This document shows positions 17,166 through 26,880 of a stretch of DNA of 64,000 nt, in pieces. Every line of letters starts with the position of its first letter. Within the stretch, counting starts at the first letter, position 1. Location: contig JACRCW010000065.1 in the NCBI GenBank assembly GCA_016218805.1, positions 1-64,000 of the forward strand, written 5' to 3'. This stretch comes from Deltaproteobacteria bacterium (GTDB lineage Bacteria; Myxococcota; JACRCW01). The position numbers were made by a program, and so were the translations under genes. Below the pieces are notes generated by a model. The model saw nothing but the letters and a program-made list of their open reading frames with translations, was not told the DNA's origin and did no database searches.

Positions 17166-18077
17166 TCAGCCGCAGCTCCACACGCAGTTGATGCACGTGG
17201 CGCTCTTGCTGTCGCCGCACGGGGGCGGCGGCGCTCCGTCACAATTGCCGGCACCGGACGTGACGCAGACGTAGCTGTTGGTCTCATTGCAGGTGAGCGC
17301 GCCGCAATTGTGGAGGCCGCACGTGGTGGTGACGGAGCCCGGGCAGCAGACCGTGCGGCAGTCAAACCCGCAGCCCACGGGTGTCTCCGCCGGGCACACG
17401 CACTGGTGCGTGAACAAATCGCACGCGCGTCCGTTGGAGCAACCGGACGCGTCGCAACAACCGCCGGACCACGGCGCGCAAGCGCCGTCCGGGCACAGGT
17501 AGCCGTTGAGGCACGCGCACGCTCCGCCGTTGCACCACTGACCGGCCGGGCAATTCGCGTCGCCGCAGCATCCCCCCAACGGCACGCAGTTCCCGTTGTT
17601 GCAGGCGCGCCCGGAGCACTGGCACTGGTGGTCGGTACAGCTGGCCGCCGGGTGAGCGCAGTCAGACGGAGTGCAGCAGGTCCCGCCCGGGACGCACAAA
17701 CCGTTGCACACCACGCCATTGCAGGCGGGTAGGCCGCTGCTGGATGCCGCTGCGCTGGTGGCCGCCGTGGCAAGGCTGGCGGGGGCCAAGGAGGAGGAGG
17801 TGAGAGAAGTGGCCCGGGATGCCGCGGAGGAAGCGGAGGCGCGGCTGCTGCTGTCCCGCGAAGTGGCGACGCGCGAGGACGTGCGGCCCTCCTGGGACGA
17901 CGAGGTGGCGGTGAGGACGCCGCTGGAAGGGTCCGTTGCCGCCGGTGGTCCGCACCGGCCCGATGCGCAGGTTTCCCCGGCGGGGCAATCCGCGTCTTCG
18001 CCGCAGGTGACGGAGAGCGGCACGCACGCGGCTGCCAGCAGGACCGCACCCGCTCCCATGACGACAAAGCGCGTCAC
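17166..18077 (-). CDS. Cys-rich putative lipoprotein with Ser-rich linker
   Basis: LLAAAC lipobox-like, CxxDxDCPxGxxC repeats; start estimated. Confidence 0.7.
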   Translation of the reverse strand: MTRFVVMGAGAVLLAAACVPLSVTCGEDADCPAGETCASGRCGPPAATDPSSGVLTATSSSQEGRTSSRVATSRDSSSRASASSAASRATSLTSSSLAPASLATAATSAAASSSGLPACNGVVCNGLCVPGGTCCTPSDCAHPAASCTDHQCQCSGRACNNGNCVPLGGCCGDANCPAGQWCNGGACACLNGYLCPDGACAPWSGGCCDASGCSNGRACDLFTHQCVCPAETPVGCGFDCRTVCCPGSVTTTCGLHNCGALTCNETNSYVCVTSGAGNCDGAPPPPCGDSKSATCINCVWSCG

Positions 18078-18127
18078 CTCCCCGCGCGGGAGGAGGCGGC
18101 AAGCGGTGGGGGGGCCGTGGCGCTTCC

Positions 18128-19669
18128 TCATCCGCACTGGACCACGTGGAATTCCCACGAAATCGTGGTGGCTTCCACCAGCGTGACGACGACGCGGTAC
18201 GCCTGCCCCACCTGCGGGGCCCACCCGGTGCGCCGCAGCGCCGCGGCGCCCTGCCCGTAGCTCCCCTGCAGGATGTGGAACTCGGTGGGCAACTCAGCGC
18301 CGTCAGACAGGCGGGTCACCTGCACACTGGCCCCGGAGTAGTTGTAGCGCGATGTGGAAAACGTCATCTCCCAGTCCGCCATGGCGGACGGCACCGGCCC
18401 GGCGGGCGGGAACACGTACCAGTCCGGGTTGGGGCCGGTGTTGCCGCCACCAAACACGCCCAGACACATGGCGCTGCCGTAGTTGTTGCCGCCCTGGTAG
18501 AAGCCAATGCCCACCGGCTGCAGCGGCGGGTTCAGAATCCAGCGGCGGTGGCCGTAGGTCTCCTCGTTGCCCCAGTCCACCATGAACTGGTCAATCCCGT
18601 CGGGCGGCGACCCCGGCCCCCACGCGATGTTGCTCTGGCCCGCACCGCTGGCGCCCTCCGGCGTGTAGCAAGTTGACGTCGACGGTGGAAAATGCGCCGC
18701 GGGGCCTGCCGGGTTCCACGCGGAGACCAGCGCGCACGCCTGGTCCAGCGTGTTGAGGCTGGCGTCGTCGGTGACGGGTCCCAGGCCGTCCATGGCCCGG
18801 TACAGGTTGATGCGCCGGAGCGCGTCGTCCAGGCCTTCCCGCGTGACGGAGCCCGGGTCGCACTGTCCGCCGCTGCCCGCCTGGAACGGGCTCGCCGCGT
18901 TGACCGCGCGCCCCTCCTGCCAGCGCGCGCACGCTTCCGCGTCGGACAGCGCCGCCCAGCCGTGGGGCGGCAGCGGGGTGGCGCTGGAGGAGGATGCTGC
19001 CGCGCTGCTGGAATGCACCACCTGCCCGGAGGATCCGCCTCCCGTGGATGACGATGACGATGACGACAAGGATCCCCCCGCTGCGCGCAATACGCGCACC
19101 GCGTACAGCACCAGCCGCCCGGACGAATCAAACGGGTCCAGCCGCAGCTGCTGCACGCTGCCCGTCCAGGACGCGTGCGCGTTCATCGGTATCCGGTAGG
19201 TGTGGCGCGTGCCGTCCGCCTGCACGGCGAACCAGCTGGAGAGCGCCTCGGAGAACCACCCGTCCCCCGCGCGCGCAAAGAACAGCTGCGCCTGCGTGGT
19301 GATCACGTCGGGGCTCAGCGCCACATCCACTTCCACCGTCGGGCAGTCCGCGGCAATCAACTGCGTCGGAACGGACATGAAGGGGTCAAACCCCGCCGCC
19401 TGCAGCGCCACGCCCGCGGCCGGCTGGACCGGGGCCAGCGCCAGGTCATGGTCCAGGCTCCATCCCGCCACCGCGCCCGTGAACGTCCACTCCGCGCACG
19501 GCGGCACCGCCGTCCCGGAACTGCCACCGCCGCCGCTGCTCGCTGCACCGCCGGTGCTGGAACCGCTGGGGTTCCCACCACCACCACCACCGCCGTCACC
19601 GGCCGCCGGTGCGCAGCCCGCCAGCGCCACCACCACCAGCACGCCGCGTCCGGGGGAATGCCACGTCAT
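18128..19669 (-). CDS. CAP (SCP) domain lipoprotein with N-terminal CBM-like domain
   Basis: LAGC lipobox; RINLYRAMDGL, SNIAWG, GHRRWIL CAP motifs; LRLDP beta-sandwich. Confidence 0.82.
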   Translation of the reverse strand: MTWHSPGRGVLVVVALAGCAPAAGDGGGGGGGNPSGSSTGGAASSGGGGSSGTAVPPCAEWTFTGAVAGWSLDHDLALAPVQPAAGVALQAAGFDPFMSVPTQLIAADCPTVEVDVALSPDVITTQAQLFFARAGDGWFSEALSSWFAVQADGTRHTYRIPMNAHASWTGSVQQLRLDPFDSSGRLVLYAVRVLRAAGGSLSSSSSSSTGGGSSGQVVHSSSAAASSSSATPLPPHGWAALSDAEACARWQEGRAVNAASPFQAGSGGQCDPGSVTREGLDDALRRINLYRAMDGLGPVTDDASLNTLDQACALVSAWNPAGPAAHFPPSTSTCYTPEGASGAGQSNIAWGPGSPPDGIDQFMVDWGNEETYGHRRWILNPPLQPVGIGFYQGGNNYGSAMCLGVFGGGNTGPNPDWYVFPPAGPVPSAMADWEMTFSTSRYNYSGASVQVTRLSDGAELPTEFHILQGSYGQGAAALRRTGWAPQVGQAYRVVVTLVEATTISWEFHVVQCG

Positions 19670-19763
19670 GGTCGCGCAGCTTACGCCATCAGCCGTGTCC
19701 CGCCAGTCACGCGCCTGCCCGCTGCCCGCCTGCCCGGAACGGTGCTAGCGTCCAGGCCCGCCC

Positions 19764-20990
19764 ATGAGCCCGCCCAACTTCCGGGAGTCCGTCATCAGCC
19801 AGGCGCTGTCTGACGCCGTCAACGGCGTGCCGGACCCGGCGCTGCGCGCCCGCATTGACATCCTGGTGGCCAAGACTGCGCGCGGGCTCGCTGCGGCGCG
19901 CACCATCAGTTTTGTGGGCTATGAGGACCGTGAACTGGATGAGCACAGCCTGTCACTGTGGAATGAAGTGGCGCCGGTGTTCTCCGCCGTGTTCCGCGAA
20001 CTGCACGCCCTGGTGGAGTCCCTCACCGCGCTGTTCCCGCGCGCGGTCACCACCGGGCAGGACATCAAGAAGGTGGACCTGGAGAAGGACTTTGACCTGG
20101 CGTTTGACCTGCTGGAGGAGGGGGAGCAGCACCCGGTCACCGGTAAGGCCGTCAAGAAGAAGACGCCGGAGGAGACCATCACGGACCTGGTCCACAGTTA
20201 CGCGTGGATCATCCAGCAGGCCGTCAAGGAGGAGATGAAGAAGCTGCGCGAGCCTGCGCTCATGCAACAGCAATGGAACCTCCTGGGCGAACTGGAGGCG
20301 TTCCGGGACCGCATGGTGGGCGCCATGCACGCCATGGTCGTGTCCGTGCTGGGCGTGTTCTACGAGGTCGACGTCGAGGCGGTCTTCCCGCAGGCCTACG
20401 AGGCCACCGAGATGGGCGTGGCCATGCGGCGGCAGGTGGCGGATCTCGCCGCGTACCTGGAGAAGAGCCTGGAGGTGATCAAGGCGGGGACGCCCAAGGA
20501 CGTCCTCAAGATGGTGCTGGCGCAGGCGGATGAGCGCACCGCGCTGCTGCTGAAAAACCCCGCCATTGGCAGCCTGCGCGCCGCGGACCGCCGGGAGATC
20601 ACCATGTTCCGCCGCCGCGCCGCGCAGCAGCGTGCCGGTGACCCCGCGGGCGCGGAGGTCCGCACGTTCCTGGACGGGCATTCCAAGTTCCTTGCCAGCC
20701 TGCAGAGCGTGGAACTGCGTGAGCGCCTGCAATCCCATGACCGTGAAGTGGCCGCCGAAGCCGTCCGCAGCCTGGAGCGCGCGCTCACCGCGGGTGAAGC
20801 CAACTCGCGCCAGGCGTTCCTGTACGTGGCCCACGGGGCCCGCCGCGTGGCCCGTCTCTACGGCGTCAGCCCGGAACTGGACCAGGCAGCGCGCGCCCTG
20901 CGCGATGTCACCGCCAAGGGCCTGGACTTCGCCCTGGCCCGTCCGCCGCTGGAAATGATGATCGCCGCGCTCAAACCCATTCTCGCCTGA
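19764..20990 (+). CDS. Hypothetical helical protein
   Basis: Long ORF with host-like codon usage; no recognised motif. Confidence 0.75.
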   Translation: MSPPNFRESVISQALSDAVNGVPDPALRARIDILVAKTARGLAAARTISFVGYEDRELDEHSLSLWNEVAPVFSAVFRELHALVESLTALFPRAVTTGQDIKKVDLEKDFDLAFDLLEEGEQHPVTGKAVKKKTPEETITDLVHSYAWIIQQAVKEEMKKLREPALMQQQWNLLGELEAFRDRMVGAMHAMVVSVLGVFYEVDVEAVFPQAYEATEMGVAMRRQVADLAAYLEKSLEVIKAGTPKDVLKMVLAQADERTALLLKNPAIGSLRAADRREITMFRRRAAQQRAGDPAGAEVRTFLDGHSKFLASLQSVELRERLQSHDREVAAEAVRSLERALTAGEANSRQAFLYVAHGARRVARLYGVSPELDQAARALRDVTAKGLDFALARPPLEMMIAALKPILA

Positions 20991-20999
20991 GGTGACCCG

Positions 21000-22217
21000 G
21001 TGACCGCGGGATGGTCTTCCGCCCTGGTGCTCGCCGGCCTTCTCGCCGGGCAGGCCGGGACGGAGGCTCCTCCCGCTCCCGCCGACACGCCCGCCCTGCC
21101 GCCGCCCGCGGAGGAACCGACCCCGCCGCCGCCCGCAAAGGAACCGCCCCGCCGCAGCGTCCTGCTGATTCCACTTGAACCGCGCGGCGGCGTCACCCTG
21201 GACAACGCGGAGGTGGTCACCGCGCGCGTGGCGGAGGAACTGGGCAAGCTGCCGGGCTACCAGGTGTTCGGCCTGCGCGAGATGCGCCAGGCGCTCAACA
21301 TTGAGCAGCTCAAGATGCTGTCGGGTTGTGACTCGGTGTCCTGCGTCGCCGAAATTGCCGGCGCCCTCAACAGTGACGAGGTGGTCACCGGCACCGTCGC
21401 GCTTGTCGGCAAGCGGCACGTGCTCGCCCTCAAGCGGGTGGAAGCGCGCACCGCGCTCGTCGTGGGCCAGGGCGGTGCCGAGGTGCGCAGCAGCGACCCC
21501 GCGCGGGTGCTCGCTTGGATTCCTTACGCGGTGGCCATGACGTTTGGCCGGCCGCTGCCACCACCGCCGCCGCCGGAGCCCGTCGTGGAGGAGGTACCCG
21601 GGTGGCAGCAGGCGCCCACGCGCGGGCCGGTGCCGCTGGGCGCGCTCGCCGCGTTTGCCGCCACCTTTGGCTTGGCGTTGGCGGCGGACGCGCTCGGATC
21701 TCTGCTGCTGCCCATCCCGGTGCTCGGACTGGTGGGGGTGACCCTGGGCGGCGCTGCCGTGCTGCTGGCCGCGCCGGTCGCCGGGCTCATGATGGGCAGC
21801 CGAGTGGCCAGCAAGCGCGTGGCGCTGCTCAAGGCCGCCGGGGCCGGCGCCGCCGTGGACCTGGTGTTCATGGCGCCCCGGGTGCTGTTCTTGGCCGGGA
21901 CGCTGGGCGCCATGGCCTGGCTGGCCTTCCAGGGTGCGCTGCTCATCCGCGCCGGCAACTGGGTCACGCCTGGCCACGTGCTGGACCGCGGCGTGCTCAC
22001 CGTCGCGGCGCTGTACACGGCCATCGCCGGGACGTGGGCGGTCACGGGTCTGGTGTGCGCGCTGGCCAACGCGGCCGCGGTGGCCGTGGTGACCGGCGTG
22101 GCCGGACGGCCCAAGTACTTCTGGGAGACCGGTCTGCAAGTGGACGTCGCCACGGAGCCGTCCCCCAAGGAAAGCTGGGTGGACTTCAAGGTGGGCCAGG
22201 ACACCGCCCGGGAGTAG
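21000..22217 (+). CDS. Hypothetical membrane protein (N-terminal alpha/beta domain with GCDSVSC..EIAGAL, C-terminal TM helices)
   Basis: Signal peptide, Pro-rich linkers, hydrophobic C-terminal helices. Confidence 0.7.
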   Translation: MTAGWSSALVLAGLLAGQAGTEAPPAPADTPALPPPAEEPTPPPPAKEPPRRSVLLIPLEPRGGVTLDNAEVVTARVAEELGKLPGYQVFGLREMRQALNIEQLKMLSGCDSVSCVAEIAGALNSDEVVTGTVALVGKRHVLALKRVEARTALVVGQGGAEVRSSDPARVLAWIPYAVAMTFGRPLPPPPPPEPVVEEVPGWQQAPTRGPVPLGALAAFAATFGLALAADALGSLLLPIPVLGLVGVTLGGAAVLLAAPVAGLMMGSRVASKRVALLKAAGAGAAVDLVFMAPRVLFLAGTLGAMAWLAFQGALLIRAGNWVTPGHVLDRGVLTVAALYTAIAGTWAVTGLVCALANAAAVAVVTGVAGRPKYFWETGLQVDVATEPSPKESWVDFKVGQDTARE

Positions 22218-22221
22218 CGCC

Positions 22222-24030
22222 ATGCTGCGTGTCCGCCTTCACCCCGTGCTTGCTGCCGCCGTGCTCACCGGGTGCGAAGCGTTGGGCCTGCAGGCCCTGG
22301 GGGTGGACCGCCCCGTCGCATATGGCGACGTGCTGGTGCAGACGCAGGAGGGCGTGGAGGCCTTCCGCGGCACGCGCGAGGTCGCGTCATGCGCGGTGAA
22401 CCTCCCCGTGTTGTGCCGCGGCTCGCTGGAGGTGGGCCGCCGCGCCTGGCCGCCGCCCGAAGTGCAGGTGGGGGACCCGGTGCCGTCGGACATCACGGAC
22501 CTGCGCCCACTGGGGTCGCTCCGGCGCGTGGCCGGCAATCTGGTCATCCAGCAGGTGCCGCTGGCCGGTGCGCTGGAGGGCCTGGAGGCGCTCGGCAGCG
22601 TCGGCGGTGATCTCACCGTGCGGGATACCGCGGCCACCGGGCTGGCCGGCCTGTCCGCGCTGCATGAGGTCGGCGGGCGCCTCAACGTCGCCAGCAACCC
22701 GGCGCTGCGCTCCACGGCTGGCCCGGACCCCGCCACGCTGGCCAGCGTGGCCATCCAGGACGCGCCCGCGCTGGAAGCGGTGGACGGCTTCCCCTCCCTG
22801 CGCCAGGTCACCGGCGATCTGGTCATCACCGGGACGGGCGCGCGGCACCTCACCGCGTTTGCCGCGCTGGAGCGCGTGGGCGGGACCCTTCGGATTGAGA
22901 ACAACCCGCGGCTGCACCTGGCGGAGGTGCTCGCCCTGTACGCGCGGGTCAACCGGCAGCCGGACCTGGCGGCCCAAATCAGCAACGGCGCGGAGGCGTT
23001 TGTTGACGTGACTGCGGGCAACGTCCTGGTGTCCCGCGCCGTGCGCAGCCCGCTGTTTGTGGTGGAGGAGGACTGCGCCTGGATCTTTGACCTGCGCGAG
23101 CCCCTGCTGACGCGCCTGGTCCGCTGGGATCCCGCGGCCAACGCCGTCGTCGGCGAGCTGGTTGCCCGGGACCTGCCCAGCTGGCCCAGGGCCAACCCGC
23201 CCTATCCCGGCGGAGACGGTCCGCCACGCGTGGTCTTCGCGGACAACGCGGACGGCGGCCGCGCGGCGTGGTGGGTCGAGTCGGGGAGCCTGGTGATGAA
23301 CGGTGACCCCGTCTACATCGCGCCGCCGGATGCGGGGGCCGGCTGGGTGGACAACGTGGAGGCGGTGGGCGGGACGCTGTACATCGCGCGCCAGGGCGTC
23401 GCGTCCCAGCTGGTGGAGCGCGTGGACCTGGCCACCGCGTCGTCGTCCCACGTCCACGCCACGCGGGGTCAGCTCAGGCAGCTGCGCACGGACGGCACCG
23501 GGCTGTTCTACGTCACCGCCAGCGAGTTTGTGCACCTCCCGCTCGACGGCGGACCCGACCGCGTGCTGTGGTCGGGCCCGGGCCCCGCTCAGGTGGCGGA
23601 CCTGGACGTCGCCGACGGGCGGGCGGCGTTCGCGTCCGGCGAGCAGGACCCGGATTTCCAGGGCACCAGCTGGAGTGTGCTGGCCTTGTCCACGGCGGCG
23701 CCGGCTGTTCCCGCGCAGGTGGACCAGCATCCTGCCCGGTCATCCACCAACGTCGCCGTCTTCCAGGGCCGCATCTACTGGGCCGTCCATGCCAGCGTCT
23801 TGTTCGCGGACGGTTCCACCCCGGACGTGCTGGTCCTGCGCGAAGGCGCGCCAGGCGGGGACCCGGAGCTCGTCGCCCGCTTCCCACGCCTGGCCAACGA
23901 CCCCGGGGCAGAGCCCATGTTGCTGGACGTGTCGTGCTCCCTGGTCGCGCTCAGCCAGCGGCGGTACAGCGTGGTCACCGCCTCGGAGCAGTTTGAGGTC
24001 AGCGTTGCCCTGCGCGACAACTGCCCCTGA
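22222..24030 (+). CDS. Lipoprotein with receptor-L-domain-like LRRs and putative beta-propeller
   Basis: LTGC lipobox; repeated LxxLxxVGGxLxI.xN motifs. Confidence 0.72.
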   Translation: MLRVRLHPVLAAAVLTGCEALGLQALGVDRPVAYGDVLVQTQEGVEAFRGTREVASCAVNLPVLCRGSLEVGRRAWPPPEVQVGDPVPSDITDLRPLGSLRRVAGNLVIQQVPLAGALEGLEALGSVGGDLTVRDTAATGLAGLSALHEVGGRLNVASNPALRSTAGPDPATLASVAIQDAPALEAVDGFPSLRQVTGDLVITGTGARHLTAFAALERVGGTLRIENNPRLHLAEVLALYARVNRQPDLAAQISNGAEAFVDVTAGNVLVSRAVRSPLFVVEEDCAWIFDLREPLLTRLVRWDPAANAVVGELVARDLPSWPRANPPYPGGDGPPRVVFADNADGGRAAWWVESGSLVMNGDPVYIAPPDAGAGWVDNVEAVGGTLYIARQGVASQLVERVDLATASSSHVHATRGQLRQLRTDGTGLFYVTASEFVHLPLDGGPDRVLWSGPGPAQVADLDVADGRAAFASGEQDPDFQGTSWSVLALSTAAPAVPAQVDQHPARSSTNVAVFQGRIYWAVHASVLFADGSTPDVLVLREGAPGGDPELVARFPRLANDPGAEPMLLDVSCSLVALSQRRYSVVTASEQFEVSVALRDNCP

Positions 24031-24135
24031 AGTCCACCCCGCCAACCCAACGTCCTGACACGGTTTTCCTGATCTGGACGCAACCGTTTCACCCCTTTGT
24101 CCGATAACCGCGCACACTTCCATTGGAGCCCCAAG

Positions 24136-25026
24136 ATGAGCACCGTGACCCGCAGCCAATTCCAGAACGCCCTCCAGAACGGCGTGGACCTCGCCAACCC
24201 GTCGCTGTCGCAGGGCTTGCAGGGCACGGGCGTGACCACGCAGGACCTCAAGAAGCTGGATGCGGACGGGGACGGCAAGCTGGCCGGGGCGGAGGTGGAC
24301 AAGGCCTTCAAGCTGGTTGATGACTTTGACCGCAACGGCAGCGGCCGCAGCTTCAACAACAGCGGCACCGCCGGCCAGGTCTTCAGCGCGCTCAAGGCGG
24401 GAGTGGCCCAGGGTGCCGCTCCCGTGGCCCGCCAGGGAAACACGCCGTCCGCGGACGCCGTCGCCACGGCGGCGGCGGACCGCGCGGCCAAGGACTCGTC
24501 CGGGTACGCCTGGAACAACGCGCCCACCAGCCCCAACCGCAACCTGTCCGGCAACAAGATCCCCGGCCAGACCCGCCCCTCCTGGCTGGAGAACAACAAC
24601 AAGTGCAATCAGTTTGTGGGTGACTCGCTCACCCAGGCCGGCTTCAAGATGCCCGCCTACAAGATGACGGACGGCACGGAGCACTACGTGAATGCGGAGA
24701 AGCTCCCCACCTACAACAAGCACTTTGACCGCATCACGGACCCCGCCAACATCAAGCCCGGAGACGTGTTTGTGCTGGACTACCCGGGCTCCGGCGAATC
24801 CACCGCCCACACCGAGGTCATCACCGGCTACGACCCGGCCACCGGCAACATGAAGACCACCGGCGCCCACGGCGACGGCGCATACGAGCGCGACCGCGGT
24901 GCCTGGCTCAACGACATGACCTACAACGCCGCGGGCAAGCACTGGGAGGATGCATCCGGCAACAAGCTGTACATCCTGCGTCCCAAGATGGCGCAGCCGC
25001 CCTACACCGCACCCATCCGCGGCTGA
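24136..25026 (+). CDS. EF-hand-like region plus CHAP/NlpC-P60-like amidase domain protein
   Basis: DADGDGKL EF-hand-like; NKCNQFVGD (Cys), KPGDV and HTEVI (His); start MSTVTRS. Confidence 0.7.
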   Translation: MSTVTRSQFQNALQNGVDLANPSLSQGLQGTGVTTQDLKKLDADGDGKLAGAEVDKAFKLVDDFDRNGSGRSFNNSGTAGQVFSALKAGVAQGAAPVARQGNTPSADAVATAAADRAAKDSSGYAWNNAPTSPNRNLSGNKIPGQTRPSWLENNNKCNQFVGDSLTQAGFKMPAYKMTDGTEHYVNAEKLPTYNKHFDRITDPANIKPGDVFVLDYPGSGESTAHTEVITGYDPATGNMKTTGAHGDGAYERDRGAWLNDMTYNAAGKHWEDASGNKLYILRPKMAQPPYTAPIRG

Positions 25027-25226
25027 CAAGTCCGCCCCTGCCGCGCGGGCTCCCCGGCCTGATCGCGCGGACGCATCCAACCCACCGTAAACACTGGAGC
25101 ATTGGCAACCCGTAGGATGCGGACGCACCAACTGGGCCGCGCCTGCCGATTGTTCATTCCAAGGACACGTGCCAGCGTTGCTGGCCTTGGCGGGGGCGGG
25201 CCCCGCCCTGCGTATCGGAGGAACAC

Positions 25227-26357
25227 ATGGCCATCACCAACACCGGCGGCGTGGACAGGATGCTTCAGAGCCTCGGGCTCAACCCCGCGTTTGCCGACCA
25301 GCTCCAGCAGGCCATGTCCGTCAACAAGCGCGACCCCGCGCAGGTTGGCCAGCTCCTGTACACCATGTACGCGAGCCTCAACCTCCCCACGAACTTCAAC
25401 GACAACGGCGGCGCCATCCCCCCGCGCGGCTTCGTGCCCCGCCCCGTTGACTACGCCATGCTCGCCATCGGCGGCCCCAATGCGCTGCCGCCCATTGGCA
25501 ACGGCTTTGGCGGCATGAACGCGGAAGGCGCGCTGGGCAACAGCCAACTGGGCTATTCGCTCCAGGTGGCCATGCTGCGCTCCCCGGAGTTCCGCCAGTC
25601 CCTGGAGAAGGCCCTGGGCGGCATCCTGCTTCCAAGCGGCAACCAGGCCGGCGCGCTGGACGTGTGGAAGCCCCAGCAGCAGCGCGTGGGCGTGCAGATG
25701 CGCCAGGCGCAGCAGCAGGGCTACATCGGCGGCAGCTTTGTGGCCACGTTCTCCTCCATGAGCATCCCCATGCAGGGCAATCCCATGGCGGCCGGCGGCC
25801 CCACGGGCTCCATCCTGCGCGGCCTGCAGGCCATGGAGGCCAACATCGTGTCCAGCGCCAAGGGCCTGACGGGCAACCCGGGCATGGAGAGCATGGCCAA
25901 CCAGCTCGGCATCAACATGCAGAACGCCTCGTTCGAGGACATCCTGTTCCTGTCCATGATGAGCTACTCGACCAAGAAGGAGAAAGAGATCTCCGGCAAG
26001 GTCAATGAGCTGGCCGGCGGTCAGCAGGCGCAGACCGCGCCCACGGACGGCGGCTTCGGCGGGCTGTTTGGCCTGGGCGGCGGGACCACGGCGCAGGGCC
26101 TGGGCATCCAGGGCGTGCAGACCGTGAACCCGCTGGCGCAGCTGTTTGGCGCCGGCAACGTGCAGGGCCAGGGCGGCCAGGTGGTGGACGGCCAGGGCAA
26201 CGTGGTGGGTGACCCCAACAAGATGTCCGACACCATGAAGCAGCAGATGATGCAGAAGATGATGGGCGACCTGCAGAAGATGTACGAAATGCTGTCCAAC
26301 ATGATCAAGACCATGCACGACATGCAGATGACGCCGATTCGCAACCTGCGCGGCTGA
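25227..26357 (+). CDS. Gln/Met/Gly-rich protein with T3SS needle/filament-like C-terminus
   Basis: C-terminal LQKMYEMLSNMIKTMHDMQMTPIRNLR; GGAGG RBS. Confidence 0.6.
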   Translation: MAITNTGGVDRMLQSLGLNPAFADQLQQAMSVNKRDPAQVGQLLYTMYASLNLPTNFNDNGGAIPPRGFVPRPVDYAMLAIGGPNALPPIGNGFGGMNAEGALGNSQLGYSLQVAMLRSPEFRQSLEKALGGILLPSGNQAGALDVWKPQQQRVGVQMRQAQQQGYIGGSFVATFSSMSIPMQGNPMAAGGPTGSILRGLQAMEANIVSSAKGLTGNPGMESMANQLGINMQNASFEDILFLSMMSYSTKKEKEISGKVNELAGGQQAQTAPTDGGFGGLFGLGGGTTAQGLGIQGVQTVNPLAQLFGAGNVQGQGGQVVDGQGNVVGDPNKMSDTMKQQMMQKMMGDLQKMYEMLSNMIKTMHDMQMTPIRNLRG

Positions 26358-26444
26358 TTCCTTCCCACGCCAACGCCTCCGCGGGCCGCCGGACTTCCTT
26401 GAAGCCGCGCGGCCCGTGGTGTTTCCGCCTCCCGGGAGGTCCTG

Positions 26445-26867
26445 ATGAACGCGTTTGTCTTCTCGCTGCTGTTGCTGGCCGCGCCCGCCGGGGGTCCGGT
26501 GCTCGTTGTCACCGGGAGCGGGGTGGCGCCGCTGCCGGTGGCGGCCGGCAAGGGAACGGTGAAGATTCTCCTGGAGCAGGCCACCGGCGCGCCGGTGTCG
26601 CTGTCGGAAATGGTGCTGCAGCCGGGCGCAGTGGTGCCGGAGCACGCGCACGAAGGCGCCGCGGAGATTCTCTACGTGGTGGATGGCGCGCTGGACGTCA
26701 CCAGCGGCGGGAAGACCACGCGCGCTGCGGCCGGCGACGCGGTGCACGTGCCGCCCGGCGTGAAGCACCAGGCGGTGGTGCCACCGGGCAAACCCGTCCG
26801 GTTGGTGCAGGTCTATTCGCCTCCGGGGCCCGAGCAGCGCTTCCGCCCGGCCGCCGCGCCAAGATGA
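26445..26867 (+). CDS. Cupin domain protein (secreted)
   Basis: PEHAHEGAAEILYV..GDAVHVPPGVKH. Confidence 0.88.
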   Translation: MNAFVFSLLLLAAPAGGPVLVVTGSGVAPLPVAAGKGTVKILLEQATGAPVSLSEMVLQPGAVVPEHAHEGAAEILYVVDGALDVTSGGKTTRAAAGDAVHVPPGVKHQAVVPPGKPVRLVQVYSPPGPEQRFRPAAAPR

Positions 26868-26880
26868 ACGGCTCACCCGC

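Noticed and set aside
19046..19070. GATGAC microsatellite
   Set aside because: Encodes the poly-Ser linker of the CAP lipoprotein on the minus strand.
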